Assembly: GCF_004010195.1 (NCBI RefSeq) | Contig: NC_057718.1 | Coordinates: 8,600,494-8,664,493 of the forward strand | From: Chiloscyllium plagiosum | Taxonomy: Eukaryota | Direction of reading: 5' to 3' | DNA length: 64,000 bases | Shown here: piece after piece, positions 60,627 to 64,000 of the stretch | Layout: the number at the start of each line of letters is the position of its first letter | How positions within the stretch are numbered: the stretch's first letter is position 1 | Notes under the pieces: generated by a model | Told to the model about the DNA's origin: nothing | The model's input: the letters and a program-made list of their open reading frames with translations, nothing else | Database searches by the model: none | Program-made: the position numbers and the translations under genes

Positions 60627-60880
60627 TTATGGTTTGGTATGGTTATGGTTATGGCTAGGGTCAGGTTTAGGTTTATAGCTAAGATTTGGAGTACATCAAT
60701 CAGGCAGTAGTTAGGGTTAGGGTTAGCTATAGGGTTAGGGTTAGGATTAGGTTTAAGGTTAAGGTTAGGATTAGTCTTAGTGTTAGGTTTAGGGTTAGTA
60801 TTAGGGTTTGGGTTAAGGTTAAGATTACGGTTAGGGTTAGGATTATGGTGTGGTTTAGGGTTAGGGTTTGGGTTAGGTTT
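60627..60880 (+). repeat. Degenerate interstitial telomeric-like tract (TTAGGG variants)
   Basis: Hexamer periodicity with several exact TTAGGG units, purest at 60711-60880; interrupted at ~60689-60709. Confidence 0.85.
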
Positions 60881-60899
60881 AATTCCAGACTCACAGGAG

Positions 60900-61410
60900 T
60901 TTGCACAACCTCTTTGCTTCACAATGTCTTAATGTATAGTTTTGCACAGAGACTGTCTTACAGAGCATTGGAAGCAGTTCAGAGATGAAAGACTTGCCTT
61001 ATGCACAGAGATTGAGCAGTGTTAACATCTAATTGATGTCTGTAAGATGCTAGGGATTGACAATGTCGATGTAGTGCTGGTGTTTTCTCATGTGCGGCAG
61101 TCTAGAATGAGAGGTCATACTTTTAGAATAAGGGGGTAGCAGATTTAAACCAGATATGAGGAGCAGTTACTTCTCTCAAAGGGTCATGGATCTGTAAAAT
61201 TCACTCCCCCAGGGTACAGTGGATGTCGGGGCATTGAAGAAATTTGAGGAGTAGAAAGGCAGTTTCGTAATGGGTTGAAGGGTTATGGGGTGTGGCAGGA
61301 AAGTGGAGTTGTGGCTGAGCTGAGGTCAACCATGATCATATCCAATGGCAAAGCAGGCTCAAGGGGTTGAAATCCCTCCTCCTGCTCCTTGAGTTCTTAC
61401 ATTCTTATGT
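60900..61410 (+). mobile_element. Decayed CR1 3' fragment
   Basis: ALEAVQR, GHTFRIRG.RF..MR..YFSQRV remnants and 3'UTR. Confidence 0.75.
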
Positions 61411-61814
61411 TCAAAGTGATTCCAAAACAATGGGTGCTGATGTCAGTGTATGGCATTTTCCTGACTGGTTTAATTAAATTAGAATCAGTCAATGCCTTCT
61501 GTATTCAGTTCAGGAGCATTGATTTTGTTGAAGTGTCATATCAGGGATTTTGTGTAATTTACATTGATGGAGTTCTACAGTATTGACTGAATCAATTGCT
61601 CCAGATGCCACAGTAAATTAGCAGCAAAGTCTATCAATTCACAGCTTCTGGTGTTATAGTTGAGTAACTCACCTACTTAGACAAGAGACCATCAGACTTT
61701 CTGGTCTCTTGCGCTTCAATCAACAGTCAAACTTATAACACAGCAAATGTGGCTGCTCCCATAATCTACAGAATGCCTGAAAAGAAACAGGCAGCGAATT
61801 GGACAGGGAAATCA

Positions 61815-62358
61815 GACTCGGGGACCAAAGATCCACAGTTCAACTAGGGTCCTGAAGTGAATGTAGTTTGGCAATTCTATCGGCACGCGATCTACCCCCT
61901 TTACTAAAGGGATACAGGTGTTTGGTTAAATGAAGAGAACCCGGACTATACTCATTGGAATTTAAGGAATGAGGGGGTTTCTATAAAAACATGTAAAATT
62001 ATGAATGGAAAACTTAAGATAGAAGCAGGGAGGTTGGTTCCACTGGCAGGTGAAACTAGAATTAAGGAGGTATAGCCTCAAAATAAGAGTGAGCAGATTT
62101 AGGACAGAGTTGAGGAGGAACTCCTTCACCCAGAGAGTTGTGAATCTGTGGAATTTCCTGCCCAGTGAAGCAGCTGAGGCTACTTTGTTGAATGTTTTTA
62201 AGGCAAAGATAGATAAATTTTTGAACAGTAAAGGGATTATGGGTTATGGTAAGTGGAGCTGAGGCCATGAAAAGATCAGCCATGATCTTATTGAATGCTG
62301 GAGCAGGCTTGAGGGGCAAACGGCCTACTCCTGCTCCGAGTTCTTATGTTCTTGTGTT
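61815..62358 (+). mobile_element. CR1 3' fragment; a further 3' piece lies at 62493-62630
   Basis: YSLKIRVSRFRTELRRNSFTQRVVNLWNFLP; (TTCTTATG) tail. Confidence 0.85.
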
Positions 62359-62668
62359 AATTATTCTCATCAGACTAGCAGGAACAAATGTAAGATGGAT
62401 TTTTTTTTTACCCAATGTTGAATTGGGAGGTAAGGTATCAGTAATCTCTGAGTTTGGCCTTTCTGGGTTCACACCTCACAGCAAACATGGACAGTGGAAT
62501 CAAGGGTTATGGAGATAAGGCAGGAACAGGATACTGATTAAGGATGATCAGCCATGATCATATTGAATGGTGGTGCAGGCTCGAAGGGCAGAATGGCCTA
62601 CTCCTGCACCTATTGTCTATTGTCTATTGTTTTAGCGAGGCCCTGGCTGAGGTTCCCCACTTCCGAAT

Positions 62669-63587
62669 GGTTAACATCCCAGGTGAGGAGGGACGAACGG
62701 ACTCCCTTTCTTTATTCACACAACCCCTCAGTTGGTTACAACAAGGTTAATTTTAATAGGATTCCTTTCCTTTCTGCCAAATCCGAAAGATCTTAGATTT
62801 AAAGGAAACCAATTTAAGCAGGTTTTCTTGAATTAACAAAAAGATTTATTAATTCTATTAATTACTAAACATGAGAAGAATTAGTAAAATGCACATTTAA
62901 GAAAGAAGAGATGATTACAAAAAGATAGAGTTTTTTTTCAAAAAAAGCAGATGTACAGATCAGTCTCTGAACTGTTGATAAAGAGTGGATAATTGGATGC
63001 TGTGGCTGTCACAGTGGAGATTAGCAGCAGCATTGACACTGATAAGTGAGCAGTCAGTTCCACAATCCTCAGTTTTATAGATTGGTTGTAAGTCTGTAAC
63101 TCTGATACCTTTCGTCCATGATTGAATTCTAGAATTCAGAATGAGAGAGACTCCTTTCTTGTCCAGGTTCCTTCTTAAATGGTTTGCAGTATGGAGGGGA
63201 TCTTTACCTGCAATGCAGGGTGACTAGAAGCATAGTCTTTAACTGTGACATTCATAATGTGCTCACATTCAAACCCAGCCTGCTACATATAAAAACATTC
63301 AGTCCCTCTTCAGTAGAGTTAAAACTGGCTTTATAACCCCTTTTCCTTGTGTATTTCTGCAGGCTAAAACAGACTTGTCTGCAAAAGATGGTTTTCTGCT
63401 GACAGAGGACCACTTCATTTTGTTAACTGTCTCCCTGTTTGAGATTTCCCTGTTGGACATGTACAACATTCTGCTGGCTTCGCACTGGACTTTGCCAGAC
63501 CTTCACTGAATTTAAATCTGCAGTATTTTCAACTGAATTTTTTTAATGTTTCTCAATACTTCAGAATTCTGGCCTCCCATGATAACA
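62669..63587. mobile_element. Possible decayed solo LTR
   Basis: Ends TAACA at 63587; left boundary uncertain (near 62669, or 62355 where TGTTA is preceded by CTTG, matching CTTG at 63588-63591). Confidence 0.35.
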
Positions 63588-63639
63588 CTTGGCCTGCAGA
63601 ATAGATGAAATGAGGTCCATTCTCAATACAGAAAAATAT

Positions 63640-63890
63640 GGTGGCTTAGTGATTAGTGCTGTCACCCCACAGTGCTGAGGTTCTGGGTTCAATTCGACCC
63701 TCGGGTGACTGTCAATGGGGAATTTGCACATTCGCCCTCTGTCTGCGTGGGTTTCCTCCCACAATCCAAAGGTTAGGTGGATTGGCCATGCAAAATGCAG
63801 TGTTTCTGGGATAGGGGAACAATGTGGGTGGCATGTACTCTGTGGACTTGATGGGCTAAATGGCCTGATTACACACTGTAGGGATTTTAT
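63640..63890 (+). mobile_element. HE1-type V-SINE (decayed)
   Basis: GGTGGCTTAGTGATTAGTGCTG head, GGTTCAATTC B-box, GTCTGCGTGGGTTTCCTCCCACAATCCAAA. Confidence 0.8.
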
Positions 63891-64000
63891 GAATATTCAT
63901 TCCTCTGGCATTGGTCAATTAAGTATTCAGGTCTATCAAGGTCTCTTTAAGTTCTGGACAGGGCACCCACGATCCCCTCTGATTTCTCAGCAGTGTGGGT

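Noticed and set aside
60590..60988. (NP)n and (VR)n repeat proteins
   Set aside because: Translations of the telomeric-like hexamer tract.
61682..61711. 10-bp inverted repeat as a terminator or miRNA hairpin
   Set aside because: Too short for a pre-miRNA, isolated, and intrinsic terminators are irrelevant in this context.

Overview
Eukaryotic, repeat-dominated sequence, almost certainly from a cartilaginous fish (shark). The evidence is HE1-type V-SINEs, HER1/CR1-type LINE fragments with microsatellite tails, Penelope-like elements (PLEs) and DeuSINE-like remnants; families were recognised by eye, not by database search. I find no credible host protein-coding gene, RNA gene or CRISPR array. 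Every recognisable ORF is a decayed retroelement fragment (CR1 ORF2, RTE, Rex1/Babar, PLE RT/GIY-YIG), so the window is probably intronic or intergenic. It has three assembly gaps (7220-7384, 23932-24805, 47143-47279). The most interesting signals are: (i) at least four distinct PLE terminal-repeat families, each carrying a minimal hammerhead-ribozyme core (CUGANGA-stem-GAAA-palindrome-NUH) and occurring as short fold-back inserts with long target-site duplications (TSDs), one fused to an RTE fragment; (ii) a CR1 copy with twin-priming-like 5' inversion; (iii) two solo LTRs with 4-bp TSDs; (iv) a 29-bp minisatellite and an interstitial telomeric tract; (v) several motif-dense unique segments that look like conserved enhancers, the best at about 44416-44720. 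Repeat boundaries are approximate unless a TSD is quoted.
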